From IMG/VR virus record IMGVR_UViG_3300017700_000501, positions 1-32,652 of that record: 32,652 nt of DNA. The stretch is one strand, 5' to 3'. Positions 1-8,534 of the stretch are shown piece by piece. The first letter of the stretch is position 1. Every line of letters begins with the position of its first letter. Both the position numbers and the translations under genes were made by a program. Origin of the DNA: a virus (Duplodnaviria > Caudoviricetes). The notes beneath the pieces were generated by a model. That model made no database searches, was not told the origin of the DNA, and worked only from the letters and a program-made list of their open reading frames with translations.

Positions 1-70
1 AGGCTGGATCTCCGTCGGTCGGTTCGCATCCTAGAAACGCGGTGTGTGTCGTGGTCGAGGCTGTTGGTGG

Positions 71-370
71 TCACCATCGCTCGCTGTTCACGGTGGGCGG
101 TCGGGTCGCTGCGCCGGTGCGTTTCATGTGCCCATAGGCCGCGCCTGCGCTGCTGTTGCACGATAGGTGAGCGAGTCTCACCCTCGAGCGATCCGGCACT
201 GCAGGTGCGCCGTCGCCGAGCTTGTCGAGGTGCTCGAGGGTGCGGCTCATCCGGTGCGGGAACCTGAGCGTCATGTCGACGAGCGCACCACACAGGCAGC
301 AGTGCGACTCCTCGCGCCACACCTGCTGTTGCAGCTTGCGGTACCTGTGACCTGTCCTCGGCCCTGACAT
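71..370 (-). CDS. HNH endonuclease (packaging-associated type)
   Basis: CCLCG...TLEHLD...RLAHLSCNS motif; sits immediately upstream of the small terminase if the window is circularised, as in cos-type phages. Confidence 0.85.
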   Translation of the reverse strand: MSGPRTGHRYRKLQQQVWREESHCCLCGALVDMTLRFPHRMSRTLEHLDKLGDGAPAVPDRSRVRLAHLSCNSSAGAAYGHMKRTGAATRPPTVNSERW

Positions 371-382
371 GTGCGCAGCGTA
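371..382 (-). promoter_or_regulatory. Putative leaderless -10 element (TACGCT) for the HNH/packaging genes
   Basis: TACGCT (377-382) lies 6 nt before the ATG at 370, with no SD in between. Confidence 0.45.
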
Positions 383-387
383 CGCGG

Positions 388-418
388 CACAGCCCGGGCT
401 CGGTGAGCTCGGGCTGTG
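388..418. terminator. Stem-loop downstream of the 443-661 gene
   Basis: cacagcccgggctc-ggt-gagctcgggctgtg, a 14-bp stem with one mismatch; no U-tract. Confidence 0.45.
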
Positions 419-442
419 TCAGGTGCACACTCGGCGGCAGCG

Positions 443-661
443 TTACGCCTGCTGCTCGAGCTCCTTGAGCTCGGCGAGTGCTGCGAGGTAGGCGGGCCTG
501 TCACGTCGGCCGGCAGCCCGGCCGAGCTCATACGCTCGGCTCACCCACTGGACAGTGAGAGCTCGAGCCGGCGTGTACGGGGCACCGGCCCTCGCCTGCT
601 GGTAGCCGAGGTCGAACCACTGCGCCTCGATCCTGTGCCGGCGACCTCGGCGCAGGATCAC
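443..661 (-). CDS. Hypothetical protein (weak Rmf/CrpP-like pattern)
   Basis: GTG at 661 overlaps the stop at 658; WFDLGYQQA...PY...W..AYELG pattern. Confidence 0.5.
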   Translation of the reverse strand: MILRRGRRHRIEAQWFDLGYQQARAGAPYTPARALTVQWVSRAYELGRAAGRRDRPAYLAALAELKELEQQA

Positions 662-867
662 TGCGACACCGGTGGTCGCTCGAGCTCGAGTGTCACGTCG
701 AGCCACGAGCTCACCTCGGCCGAGGCTGTGCGACGGCGCCGGTGCAGCGTGAGCTCGTGCACCTCGTGCCCCGGATACCGGGCGATCGCCTCCTCGATCC
801 ACTCGAGCGCGTCCGGCCAGTCGTCAGCCTCGACCTTGAGTGTGCGGTGTTCGGTCTCGTTCCTCAC
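658..867 (-). CDS. Hypothetical protein
   Basis: 69 aa ORF with 4-bp overlaps on both sides and RBS GGAGG. Confidence 0.6.
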   Translation of the reverse strand: MRNETEHRTLKVEADDWPDALEWIEEAIARYPGHEVHELTLHRRRRTASAEVSSWLDVTLELERPPVSQ

Positions 868-1169
868 CCTGTCACCTCCTGCGTGTCAGCCCGGGCGAGC
901 AGCCTGCGCGCCCGATCAATGCACCACCTGTCACTATCGGTGATCGTGAGCCCGGCGGCGAGCCGAGCCTCAGATACCCGGGCCCGGCCGATCACCTCGA
1001 GCTCGAGCTCGGCCGGGTCGGTGTGATGCTCGACCGGTCTGCTGCACACCCGGCACGTGTCGCCGCTGTGCTCGGCCCTCGGTCGCCGGCACACGCTGCA
1101 CCCATCCTTGCCGGCCGAGGGTGCCGGGCCCGGTGCGATCAGCGCACGTGGCACCACGTGCGAGCTCAC
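864..1169 (-). CDS. Hypothetical Cys/His zinc-binding protein
   Basis: Two CxxC...H units (CSVC..EH, CRVC..HH); coupled overlaps. Confidence 0.6.
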   Translation of the reverse strand: MSSHVVPRALIAPGPAPSAGKDGCSVCRRPRAEHSGDTCRVCSRPVEHHTDPAELELEVIGRARVSEARLAAGLTITDSDRWCIDRARRLLARADTQEVTG

Positions 1170-1783
1170 AGCGGGCGCCAGTTCTTACCCGCCAGCGGAT
1201 CACCCTCGACCACAGGTTGAGACTCGAGGTCGAGGTCGGCCTCGTCGACCTGCTCGTTCGCATCACCCGGCACGTCGAGGTCGCCGTCGAGCGCAGACAG
1301 CACACACGCCAGCGCGTGAGCACCGGCAGCGTTCACCGGTTCCCGACCCCGCACAGCCCACGCGTGCCAGTACACCGCGACACGGCGCACCCGGGCGAGC
1401 ACAGCCTCGGCCGGATCGCCACCGCGCAGCCGACCCTCGAGTCGCTCGACCTCGAGCTCGAGCCTCGGCACCACAGCAGCGAGCCCGTCACGCTCGGCAG
1501 TCACACGCTCGAGGTCGCCCTCGAGCTCGGCCTGCTCGGTCACGTGCACCGGTTCGCGCACACGTGCGTACTGCTCGCTCAGCCACTCGAGCGAGCCCTC
1601 GGCCGGGCGATCAGGGAACGGGTGCCCGGCCTGATACCGAGCGACCTGCTCGACAGTGAGGTTGATGCCGTGGCAGCGCATGTGATTCACGCGCCACCGG
1701 GCGAGGTGAGCGTCGAGCACCTGACAGTCGTCACCCTCGAGCACGAGCTCGACCCTGCAGCTACACCGCTCGGTGATCCTCAC
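1166..1783 (-). CDS. Hypothetical protein with coiled-coil segment
   Basis: GTG at 1783 overlaps the stop at 1780; heptad region ELEGDLERVTAERDGL...LELEVERLEGRL. Confidence 0.6.
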   Translation of the reverse strand: MRITERCSCRVELVLEGDDCQVLDAHLARWRVNHMRCHGINLTVEQVARYQAGHPFPDRPAEGSLEWLSEQYARVREPVHVTEQAELEGDLERVTAERDGLAAVVPRLELEVERLEGRLRGGDPAEAVLARVRRVAVYWHAWAVRGREPVNAAGAHALACVLSALDGDLDVPGDANEQVDEADLDLESQPVVEGDPLAGKNWRPL

Positions 1784-2226
1784 CCTGCACCGACCTCGGT
1801 CGTGCGGACGATCGTGCACACCGACGGTGGACACGGCACAGCAGCCGGCCGAGGCGGTGCACACCCGAGTGCGAACAGCACACCGATCGCCACGTACACC
1901 ACGAACGCTGTCAGCAGCAGCACAGCCTGCCCATGCCGGCGCCACCACGAGCGCAGCCGGCGAGGTCGAGGCGGCTGCACCGGGCGCAGCCGGGCCCACC
2001 GGGTGCCGTCGTCCGACACGTGCACCTCGAGCTCGCTGCCCTGTGCACCGGCGACGAGCGCCAGACTCAACCCGCCGCCGATCCGCTCGAGGTCGGCCGG
2101 CGTCAGCCGGCGCCACCGACCGCGCTCGGCCTCGAGCTCGGCGAGGAGCTCGAGCTTTGCTGCAGTGCGGATCGCCCCGGTGCTCGGTGGTGGTGGGCCG
2201 TCGATGAACAGGCTGTTGCCGGTCAT
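1780..2226 (-). CDS. Hypothetical membrane protein
   Basis: ATG at 2226 overlaps the stop at 2223; hydrophobic stretch AVLLLTAFVVYVAIGVLFALG. Confidence 0.6.
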   Translation of the reverse strand: MTGNSLFIDGPPPPSTGAIRTAAKLELLAELEAERGRWRRLTPADLERIGGGLSLALVAGAQGSELEVHVSDDGTRWARLRPVQPPRPRRLRSWWRRHGQAVLLLTAFVVYVAIGVLFALGCAPPRPAAVPCPPSVCTIVRTTEVGAG

Positions 2227-3038
2227 CGCGCCACGTCGAGTCGAATCGGCATCAGGATCGCGAGGAACCGGGTCCGGCAGTCCGGGTCGACCTTGACCGA
2301 GAACCGGATCGCGCCGAGCGGTGAGCTCGCACCCTCGAGCACGAGGCAGTGCCGCCACGCTGCGCCGGGCTCGACGTGAGCAGCGAACACAGCAGCCGCG
2401 TCGCCGATGTCAGCGAGGTACCGCGGCTCGAGACCGACACGCTGGTCGAGGTTGACAGTCCCGGGCGGTGCCAGATCCGCGAGCAGCTTGTCGACATCGG
2501 GGTACCGATACACCGGTTCCTCGACCCCGTGCGCCCGAGTCGGCCCGACCCGGTTGCCGGTTGCGATCACGTCGACCTCACCCTCGAGCGGGCCCACAGC
2601 AGCGACGAACACGCCGCCGCCGTTCCATGACCCGGCCGGTGTCAGCCCGAACGCGCTGTCGGCGTCGGTGCCGGCGAGCGTCATGCCGAGCAGCGTCGGC
2701 GGTGGTGGTGCCTTGAGACTCCTGCCGGCAGTGCGCTCGGCCTTGACGATCGCCCGGTGCACCCGGCGCACGTCGGCCGATCGCAGCCTGAGCATCGCAC
2801 CCTCGGCCGGCAGCCTCGGTCGAGGCGGCGCAGCGAGCTCAACCGACACGCGCACGAGGTGATAGCTGTCGGTCGCAGTGAACTCGACCCGGGTGCCCTC
2901 GGCACCGGGCTCGGGTCGCACATGCACCGACTCGAGGATCGGCCTCGATTCGTCGGTCGCCCGGAACCGCTCGACAACAGCGAGCGCAGTCAGTAGGTCG
3001 TCAGGTCTGAACTTGAGTTTGATCGGCCCTGTGGTCAT
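2223..3038 (-). CDS. DNA polymerase III beta sliding-clamp-like protein
   Basis: RPILESVHV, FTATDSYHL, YPDVDKLL and C-terminal ILMPIRL match DnaN-family hallmarks; 271 aa is shorter than a full DnaN; strong RBS. Confidence 0.75.
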   Translation of the reverse strand: MTTGPIKLKFRPDDLLTALAVVERFRATDESRPILESVHVRPEPGAEGTRVEFTATDSYHLVRVSVELAAPPRPRLPAEGAMLRLRSADVRRVHRAIVKAERTAGRSLKAPPPPTLLGMTLAGTDADSAFGLTPAGSWNGGGVFVAAVGPLEGEVDVIATGNRVGPTRAHGVEEPVYRYPDVDKLLADLAPPGTVNLDQRVGLEPRYLADIGDAAAVFAAHVEPGAAWRHCLVLEGASSPLGAIRFSVKVDPDCRTRFLAILMPIRLDVAR

Positions 3039-3376
3039 TGGTGGTGGTCTCCCTGTGTGTGGTGGTGATCAGCCTCGAGCTCGAGGTCGAGCCCGGGCGG
3101 TGTTGGTGCCGGCACCGAGTGCTGCCCGGCGAGGAATTGGAACAGCGCAGCGCCGACGAGCGGCACCGGCACACCGTCCTTGAGCATGTCGCGCAACAGC
3201 CCGAGCGCCGCGGCTGCAGCGTTGAGCTCGCCCTCGGTCCACTTGCCGGGCTCGGGTGCGCCGAGCATGTGCAGCAGCCCGCCGAGCGCCGGTGCGAACG
3301 GCATGAGCTCCTCGGGTTTCGTCGCCTCGTAGACCGAATAGATAGCTCGAGCCTGCTCGAGCGGTGTCGTCGTCAT
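3035..3376 (-). CDS. Hypothetical protein
   Basis: 113 aa; RBS ACAGGGAG. Confidence 0.7.
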   Translation of the reverse strand: MTTTPLEQARAIYSVYEATKPEELMPFAPALGGLLHMLGAPEPGKWTEGELNAAAAALGLLRDMLKDGVPVPLVGAALFQFLAGQHSVPAPTPPGLDLELEADHHHTQGDHHQ

Positions 3377-3398
3377 TGGTGGTGGTACTCCCTGTGTG

Positions 3399-3704
3399 TC
3401 AGCCGCTCGGCGGCTGTGGTGGTGGTGATGGTGGTTCGATCGACTCCTCGAGCAGCCGGATCACATGCATGTCGACCTCGTGCCACCCTCGAGCCCGGTG
3501 CACCGCTGCGATCTGACCGAGCCCACGGGCCCGGCCGGATCGTGCGAGCTCCGGTGTGATCACGAGCGTCGACTGCACACGCCCGGTGCCGGCGTCACGG
3601 CGCGGGAGACCCGGCCGCGGTAGCCCGAGCTCGGCCGCGTACTCGGCAGCAGCGACACGGCTGCCGGCGAGTACCACGTGCACCGAGTCTCGAGCCTGCG
3701 TCAT
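3399..3704 (-). CDS. Hypothetical protein
   Basis: 101 aa ORF directly after the stop at 3706. Confidence 0.6.
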   Translation of the reverse strand: MTQARDSVHVVLAGSRVAAAEYAAELGLPRPGLPRRDAGTGRVQSTLVITPELARSGRARGLGQIAAVHRARGWHEVDMHVIRLLEESIEPPSPPPQPPSG

Positions 3705-3705
3705 G

Positions 3706-4122
3706 TCATCCGGTGAACGACAGCCGGGCCGGGCCCGGTGCCGGCGCCTCGAGCTCGAGCTCGGGCTCGGGTGCCGGGTCGCGCTCGATCACGGGCGGCG
3801 GGATCAGCTGCGGTCGACACGCGTTCGTCAGACACTCGGGAGACCACCCGCACTCGGTCTCGAGCCAAGGGAACATGTGCCGCTGATCCGGTGTCACGTT
3901 GTCGCACGTCGGCACGAACGGCGCCTCGGTCGTCGTCGTGGTCGGCGCCTCGGTCGTCGTCGTGGTCGGCGCCTCGGTGGTGGTGGTGGTGGTCTCGCAG
4001 TAGCTCGAGCTCCTCGAGCTCGAGCAGCCCTCGTGGCTGCCACCGGCAGCAGCCGGCGCAGCAAGTGCAGCGAACCCTGCAGCGACAACCGCTGCAGCTG
4101 TGATGATCTGACGCGTGTTCAT
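3706..4122 (-). CDS. Secreted Thr/Pro-rich protein
   Basis: N-terminal signal-like MNTRQIITAAAVVAAGFAALAAPAAA; TTTTTEAP x3; six Cys; own promoter and RBS. Confidence 0.75.
   Translation of the reverse strand: MNTRQIITAAAVVAAGFAALAAPAAAGGSHEGCSSSRSSSYCETTTTTTEAPTTTTTEAPTTTTTEAPFVPTCDNVTPDQRHMFPWLETECGWSPECLTNACRPQLIPPPVIERDPAPEPELELEAPAPGPARLSFTG
3920..3991. repeat. 24-bp tandem repeat (3 units)
   Basis: ggcgcctcggtcgtcgtcgtggtc exact at 3920 and 3944, variant at 3968; encodes TTTTTEAP. Confidence 0.9.
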
Positions 4123-4163
4123 TGGTGATGCTCCCTGTTGGTGGTGGTGGTGGTGATGAGCTC

Positions 4164-4192
4164 AGTGTATGCATGAATGCGTAGCGTTACAA
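4164..4192 (-). promoter_or_regulatory. Sigma-A-like promoter
   Basis: TTGTAA (4187-4192) - 17 nt - TACACT (4164-4169) in an AT-rich patch upstream of 4122. Confidence 0.7.
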
Positions 4193-6145
4193 CGGTGGGA
4201 CCGGTCCCACGTGAGCGGCGAGCCGGTCGAGCCCGGCAGCGAGCGTCGATGGTGGGTCGTCGGCCCAATCTGCAGCGACCGCGGGTGCGTAGTGGAACGG
4301 CAGAATCGAGTACGTCGCACCCGAATCGAACGAGGCGATAACACCCTGCAGCTGCGACCCGGTGTCGAACAGGAAGTTGACGAACAACGGGTAGCCGGCC
4401 GAGGCGAGCCGGAACGGCTGCTCGATCTCGTCGAGGTACTGCCACGTGATGCCGTCGCCGAGCAGCACATAGATGCCGTCGTGGGTCGGGTCGGTCTGAC
4501 CCTTGAGCAGAAACCTGATCCCGACAGGCAGAATCCCAGCGAACGAGGGTGTCACCATCCCGGTCGCAGTGAACGTCGCGAACGGGTCGAGCGACTCGAT
4601 CGGCGACACGGTGCCGGCGCCGGCAGCGAACCCGGTGACCCGGCGATCACCGAGCGGCACAACAGTGCCCGTCCACAGCCTCGACCCGGTGAACGAGCCG
4701 AGGGTGCCGGCGTGCCCCGGATTGAGTACGAACGTGCCCGAACCGTTCAGCGGGTATTCGTCGTCAGCGTCGGCCTCGATCGTCACGCTGTCGGTGCAGT
4801 AGTTCCACACCTCCCACGTGCGCGGGGTCGTCAGATCGAACGGTGGCAGCGTCACCACGTAGCCGCCCGGCCCGGTGAGCATCACCCGGCCCGAGTCCGA
4901 CGCTGACAGCGTGAGCGGCCCGGCACCGTCGTACGCGGTGATATTGACAGGCTGCAGCCGGCGAGTCGGGCGCGGTGTGAGCTCGATCCGGTCGATGCTG
5001 TTCGTGTCCCACCGGTACAGGTCCGGGTGCTCTGATGTCACGAGGTAGAACAACGCGGTACGCGAGTCGATGACCTTCGGTGATGCCGGCGAACCCGACC
5101 ACAACACCGAGTAGATCCACTCGAGCCCGGCACCGGTCGACAGGAACGTCGGCGCAGTGAACGTCAGCGGGTCCGACCCCACAGCCCACGACACCGAGTA
5201 GGTCGACCCGTCGCCGTCGGTGCCGACCCACAACAGCCGGCCGTCAGGCAGCGTCACGATGTCGCCGAGCCGGCCGATCACCTCGTGCCCGAGCTCGGTG
5301 AACGATCCACCGACCGACGGCTCGAGCCACTCCTCGTCGAGAGTCTCACCGGACCACTTGCGGAACGCTGCCGCAGTGCCAGCCGTGACAGCTGAGCGCA
5401 CGTCCGCGAGCTCGCACCGCGACACAGTGCCGACCGCTGCTGTGTCCGCTGCGTGAATGTCCGCGTGGAACACGTACACGAACCCGTCGACCACCACCGA
5501 GTGACCCGAGCCCTGTGTCGCATCCGCGTTGAGCGCGTCGGCCTCGGCGATCGTCTGCTCGTGGGTCTGCAGTAGTCCTAGATACTCGATCGACCGGGCC
5601 CCGTTGCGATCAGTCACCTTGGCTTGCCCGAGCGACCAATAGACCCACGTCGGGAACTGTGAATCGCTGTGCTCGAGGTGCAGCACCATCCACCCGACCC
5701 CACCACCGAGGTCGACCACCGGCCCGCCCGACACGTAGTTGTAGTCCGCTGGCAGGTTGTCGATCGTGACCACTTCCCGCGGCGCAGCGAACGGGTCGTC
5801 AGGTCCGACTGTCGACACACACACTGTGCCGAGGGTGCCACCCGAGGAGTTGTAGTGCCGGGTCACCCCGTCGTCACCGAGCATGAACCCGCCCGCCGAC
5901 CCATCGAAATACGCGTCGAACCCCCACGCCTCAATCGTTGGATTCGTCGCGACTGTTGACCGCTCGAACTCGAGCCCGAACTGATCGCTGACAGTCCAGC
6001 GATCAGCCGGGTCGGCCGGCACACCCGACACTGTGAGCGCAGCCGACAGTGTGGGCCCGGTGCCCTCGAGCCCGATCGTCGACCCGTCGGCCGAGGCTGT
6101 GATGCTCGGGCCTGAGCCCTCGAGCTCGATACTCGGCCCGGTCAC
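4187..6145 (-). CDS. Tail spike / receptor-binding-like protein with putative beta-propeller domain
   Basis: GTG at 6145 overlaps the stop at 6142; 652 aa, beta-rich; propeller-like segments (SVVVDGFVYVFH, DIVTLPDGRLLWVG); GIRFLLKGQTDPTHDGIYV resembles the GDRVLVKNQT..NGIY motif of tail-fibre proteins. Confidence 0.55.
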   Translation of the reverse strand: MTGPSIELEGSGPSITASADGSTIGLEGTGPTLSAALTVSGVPADPADRWTVSDQFGLEFERSTVATNPTIEAWGFDAYFDGSAGGFMLGDDGVTRHYNSSGGTLGTVCVSTVGPDDPFAAPREVVTIDNLPADYNYVSGGPVVDLGGGVGWMVLHLEHSDSQFPTWVYWSLGQAKVTDRNGARSIEYLGLLQTHEQTIAEADALNADATQGSGHSVVVDGFVYVFHADIHAADTAAVGTVSRCELADVRSAVTAGTAAAFRKWSGETLDEEWLEPSVGGSFTELGHEVIGRLGDIVTLPDGRLLWVGTDGDGSTYSVSWAVGSDPLTFTAPTFLSTGAGLEWIYSVLWSGSPASPKVIDSRTALFYLVTSEHPDLYRWDTNSIDRIELTPRPTRRLQPVNITAYDGAGPLTLSASDSGRVMLTGPGGYVVTLPPFDLTTPRTWEVWNYCTDSVTIEADADDEYPLNGSGTFVLNPGHAGTLGSFTGSRLWTGTVVPLGDRRVTGFAAGAGTVSPIESLDPFATFTATGMVTPSFAGILPVGIRFLLKGQTDPTHDGIYVLLGDGITWQYLDEIEQPFRLASAGYPLFVNFLFDTGSQLQGVIASFDSGATYSILPFHYAPAVAADWADDPPSTLAAGLDRLAAHVGPVPPL

Positions 6146-6477
6146 GACACACCGTCGCTGATCACGAACTCGCCAGCGAGCAGCGTGAGGTCGATGCCCT
6201 CGGACGCGTCGACCACCGACACCGACCAATACCACGAGCCGAGAATGCTCGGCACTGTGTCGCCGTCGCCGACTGTGAGGGTGCCGGCGGTGATGTCGGC
6301 AGCGAGCTCGAGCACGACACCTGAGCGCCGATCCGGTGCCCGGCGCACCATCGCACTCGCGCTGTCCGGGGTCCACGGCGCCCCGTTGAGCGTCAACGCC
6401 CACGAGGTCGGCAGTGTCTTATCGCCCGCTGTGTAGGCGAATGCGAACGGTGCAGGTGTTAGATCAGATCCGGCCAT
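6142..6477 (-). CDS. Virion structural/adaptor-like protein (BppU-N-like Ig fold)
   Basis: GD.T...L..NG.PW....A..MVR...G.WYW.V......TLLAG.F.I pattern typical of small phage adaptors; RBS GAGGAG. Confidence 0.55.
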   Translation of the reverse strand: MAGSDLTPAPFAFAYTAGDKTLPTSWALTLNGAPWTPDSASAMVRRAPDRRSGVVLELAADITAGTLTVGDGDTVPSILGSWYWSVSVVDASEGIDLTLLAGEFVISDGVS

Positions 6478-6525
6478 CGGTGCTCCTCGTCGTGTTCCCT
6501 TGCCCTGACACAGTACGAGCCGCGG

Positions 6526-6810
6526 TCACACCGGCAGCGCGATCAACACGCGCCACGCGACGAGCAGCAGAGCCGCGGCCACAGCCCACACCGCGCCCAC
6601 CAACAGCAGTAGCCCGACACACCGGACAGCACCGACGAGCATTGCGACCGGTTCACTGCGCCGACGCTCCTCGAGCACGAGAGCGCGGAGCATTTCATCC
6701 GGGTCGAGGCAGCCGAGGTCGCACACCCCGCCGTACGTCAGCCCGCAGAGCTCGAGGTGACCGCGGTGCGGCCCGGTGAGCAGCCGGCGGTTCGGTCGCC
6801 GCTGATTCAT
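6526..6810 (-). CDS. Hypothetical membrane protein
   Basis: ATG at 6810 overlaps the stop at 6807; C-terminal hydrophobic helices. Confidence 0.55.
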   Translation of the reverse strand: MNQRRPNRRLLTGPHRGHLELCGLTYGGVCDLGCLDPDEMLRALVLEERRRSEPVAMLVGAVRCVGLLLLVGAVWAVAAALLLVAWRVLIALPV

Positions 6811-7397
6811 GTCGACCCCTTCGCAGCCGACCCGACCTCGAGCACAGCGAGCCCGTGTTCGGTGTCGATGTAGACCCACGAGCCGAACAGTCCGTCGAGC
6901 TCGTCGAGCGCAGCGCGCACACTCGGATATTTCGCGTCGTGAGCGACCACCTTGCCGCCGAACTTCACCGCGCCGGCAGCGCACACGAGGTCGATCACGG
7001 CAGCCTCGGTGTGATGGTCGGCATCGACGAACGCGAGGTCGAACGTACTGATCCACGGGTCGCGGTGCGCCGACGCTGACACGTTGAACGGCAGCGTCGG
7101 CCAGATCGTCGCGATCACCCACGGGTCGACATCGACAGTGTGCACGTGCGCAGCAGTCGACGCGAGCGCACGCGTGCTGACACCGAGCCCGGTGCCGAGC
7201 TCGAGCACCTCGAGCCCGGTCGCGAGCTCGGCGAGGTGGACACACTCGGCCTCGGTGACCGACAGCCGCGGCTCACCCGTCGATGGTTCACCCGGGTCGG
7301 CCTCGTGTCGGTAGCTGCCGGTCCGGTCGAGCTCGAGCACCGGCCAGTCGTCGCGCTGTAGGTCGAACCGAAACGAGCTCGGGCCGTCGCCGGTCAT
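6807..7397 (-). CDS. Class I SAM-dependent methyltransferase (Methyltransf_24-like)
   Basis: VLELGTGLGVST, VHTVD, FDLAFVDADH, GGKVVAHD motifs. Confidence 0.85.
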   Translation of the reverse strand: MTGDGPSSFRFDLQRDDWPVLELDRTGSYRHEADPGEPSTGEPRLSVTEAECVHLAELATGLEVLELGTGLGVSTRALASTAAHVHTVDVDPWVIATIWPTLPFNVSASAHRDPWISTFDLAFVDADHHTEAAVIDLVCAAGAVKFGGKVVAHDAKYPSVRAALDELDGLFGSWVYIDTEHGLAVLEVGSAAKGST

Positions 7398-7591
7398 GTC
7401 CGGGCCTTCCGGTACGCGCGGCGATCAGCTGCCCACGCTGCCCGACACGGCGCGCACGCGTCCTCACCGTGAGCGAGGTGCCGGCGGTACGCCGCGGCTG
7501 TCCCACACGCTGCGACCGGGCGCCGGCCGGGCTGCCCGGTCCGGGCACCCTTGCTCGCGCGCCATGCACGCTGCTGCGCCGCGGAGCTCAC
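7394..7591 (-). CDS. Small zinc-binding protein
   Basis: CGTAAAYRRHL..GE.AC.PCR motif, common in actinophage small proteins; overlaps on both sides. Confidence 0.65.
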   Translation of the reverse strand: MSSAAQQRAWRASKGARTGQPGRRPVAACGTAAAYRRHLAHGEDACAPCRAAWAADRRAYRKART

Positions 7592-8106
7592 TCGGCACCG
7601 TCCTCTGAGTCGAGGAACCCGGCAGCCTCGTCGACAGCGAGTGCCAGCTGCTCGGCGACCTCGGCACCGAACAGCGCCACGTCGGCTTTCCACATGCCGT
7701 GTCGGCGCACGATCTGCGCGAACTCCTCCAGATCGTGCCCGACGAGCGACAGCGTGAGCTCGCCGTCGTCATCCTTGAAACAGCGCAGGTGACATAGCTC
7801 GTGGTCGACGAGCGCGGTGCGCTGCGCAGTTTTCAGTCGGGCCCACGTGTTGCGAGCGACCTCGATCACGAACAGCGGCACGTTCGCACTGCTGTCGACG
7901 AGCCCGGCCGACGCGTTGATCAGAAACGCGTTGAGCCCACCGACCCGGCGCGCCTTCGCGAGCGTGATCCGGCCGGCCGAGCGGGTCGCCTCGTCGCGCC
8001 ACACGTACACGATCTGCGCGTCGGCGAGCGGCTTGTGCTCCGCGACGGTGCGGATCAGCCGCGTCGCGATCTTCTCGACCTCGGGTGCGCGGCTGTACTC
8101 GGTCAC
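7588..8106 (-). CDS. Putative phage metallopeptidase
   Basis: LVDHELCH (HExxH) followed by GHDLEEF. Confidence 0.8.
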   Translation of the reverse strand: MTEYSRAPEVEKIATRLIRTVAEHKPLADAQIVYVWRDEATRSAGRITLAKARRVGGLNAFLINASAGLVDSSANVPLFVIEVARNTWARLKTAQRTALVDHELCHLRCFKDDDGELTLSLVGHDLEEFAQIVRRHGMWKADVALFGAEVAEQLALAVDEAAGFLDSEDGAE

Positions 8107-8534
8107 TGCTCGACCTCGATCGGCTCGAGGTCGGGGAACAGCACCGCGCACACGTGGTCGCGGTCATCGGCGCGCGAGTAGGGCTCACCGCTGCAGAGAA
8201 TCTCGCCGTTCGACGCGTGCCGGACGCGCCACCGGTAGCGGTCCTCGAGCCCGTGGTCGGGAAACTCGCCGATCATGTCGAGTGTCGTGAACTGCTCGAG
8301 GATCAGCGGTCGGTCGGGTGAGTCGGCGGTGATGGTCGGTTCGTCGGTCATGCCGACCGACGGTATGCGTAAATCTGTAGAGACACAACCGGCCCTGAGC
8401 TCGACCTCGAGCTCGGCGACGAGCTCACACGCTGAGCATTCCGCCGACGGGTACCGATGCACGCTGACTACGTGGCCGCAGGTCCGGCACTCCTTGTCGA
8501 GCGGGTCGCCCTGCCTGATGTCGCAGCCGGTCAC
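8103..8534 (-). CDS. DUF1508/YegP-like protein; possible internal start at 8351
   Basis: C-terminal YRWRVRHASNGEILCSGEPYSR; N-terminal CxxC..H..CxxC; a promoter sits directly before the ATG at 8351. Confidence 0.6.
   Translation of the reverse strand: MTGCDIRQGDPLDKECRTCGHVVSVHRYPSAECSACELVAELEVELRAGCVSTDLRIPSVGMTDEPTITADSPDRPLILEQFTTLDMIGEFPDHGLEDRYRWRVRHASNGEILCSGEPYSRADDRDHVCAVLFPDLEPIEVEQ
8360..8388 (-). promoter_or_regulatory. Sigma-A-like (leaderless) promoter
   Basis: TTGTGT (8383-8388) - 17 nt - TACCGT (8360-8365), 8 nt before the ATG at 8351; spacer resembles that of the 4164 promoter. Confidence 0.6.

Noticed and set aside
3920-3991. Possible CRISPR-like array
   Set aside because: Units are contiguous with no spacers and are in frame with a coding repeat.
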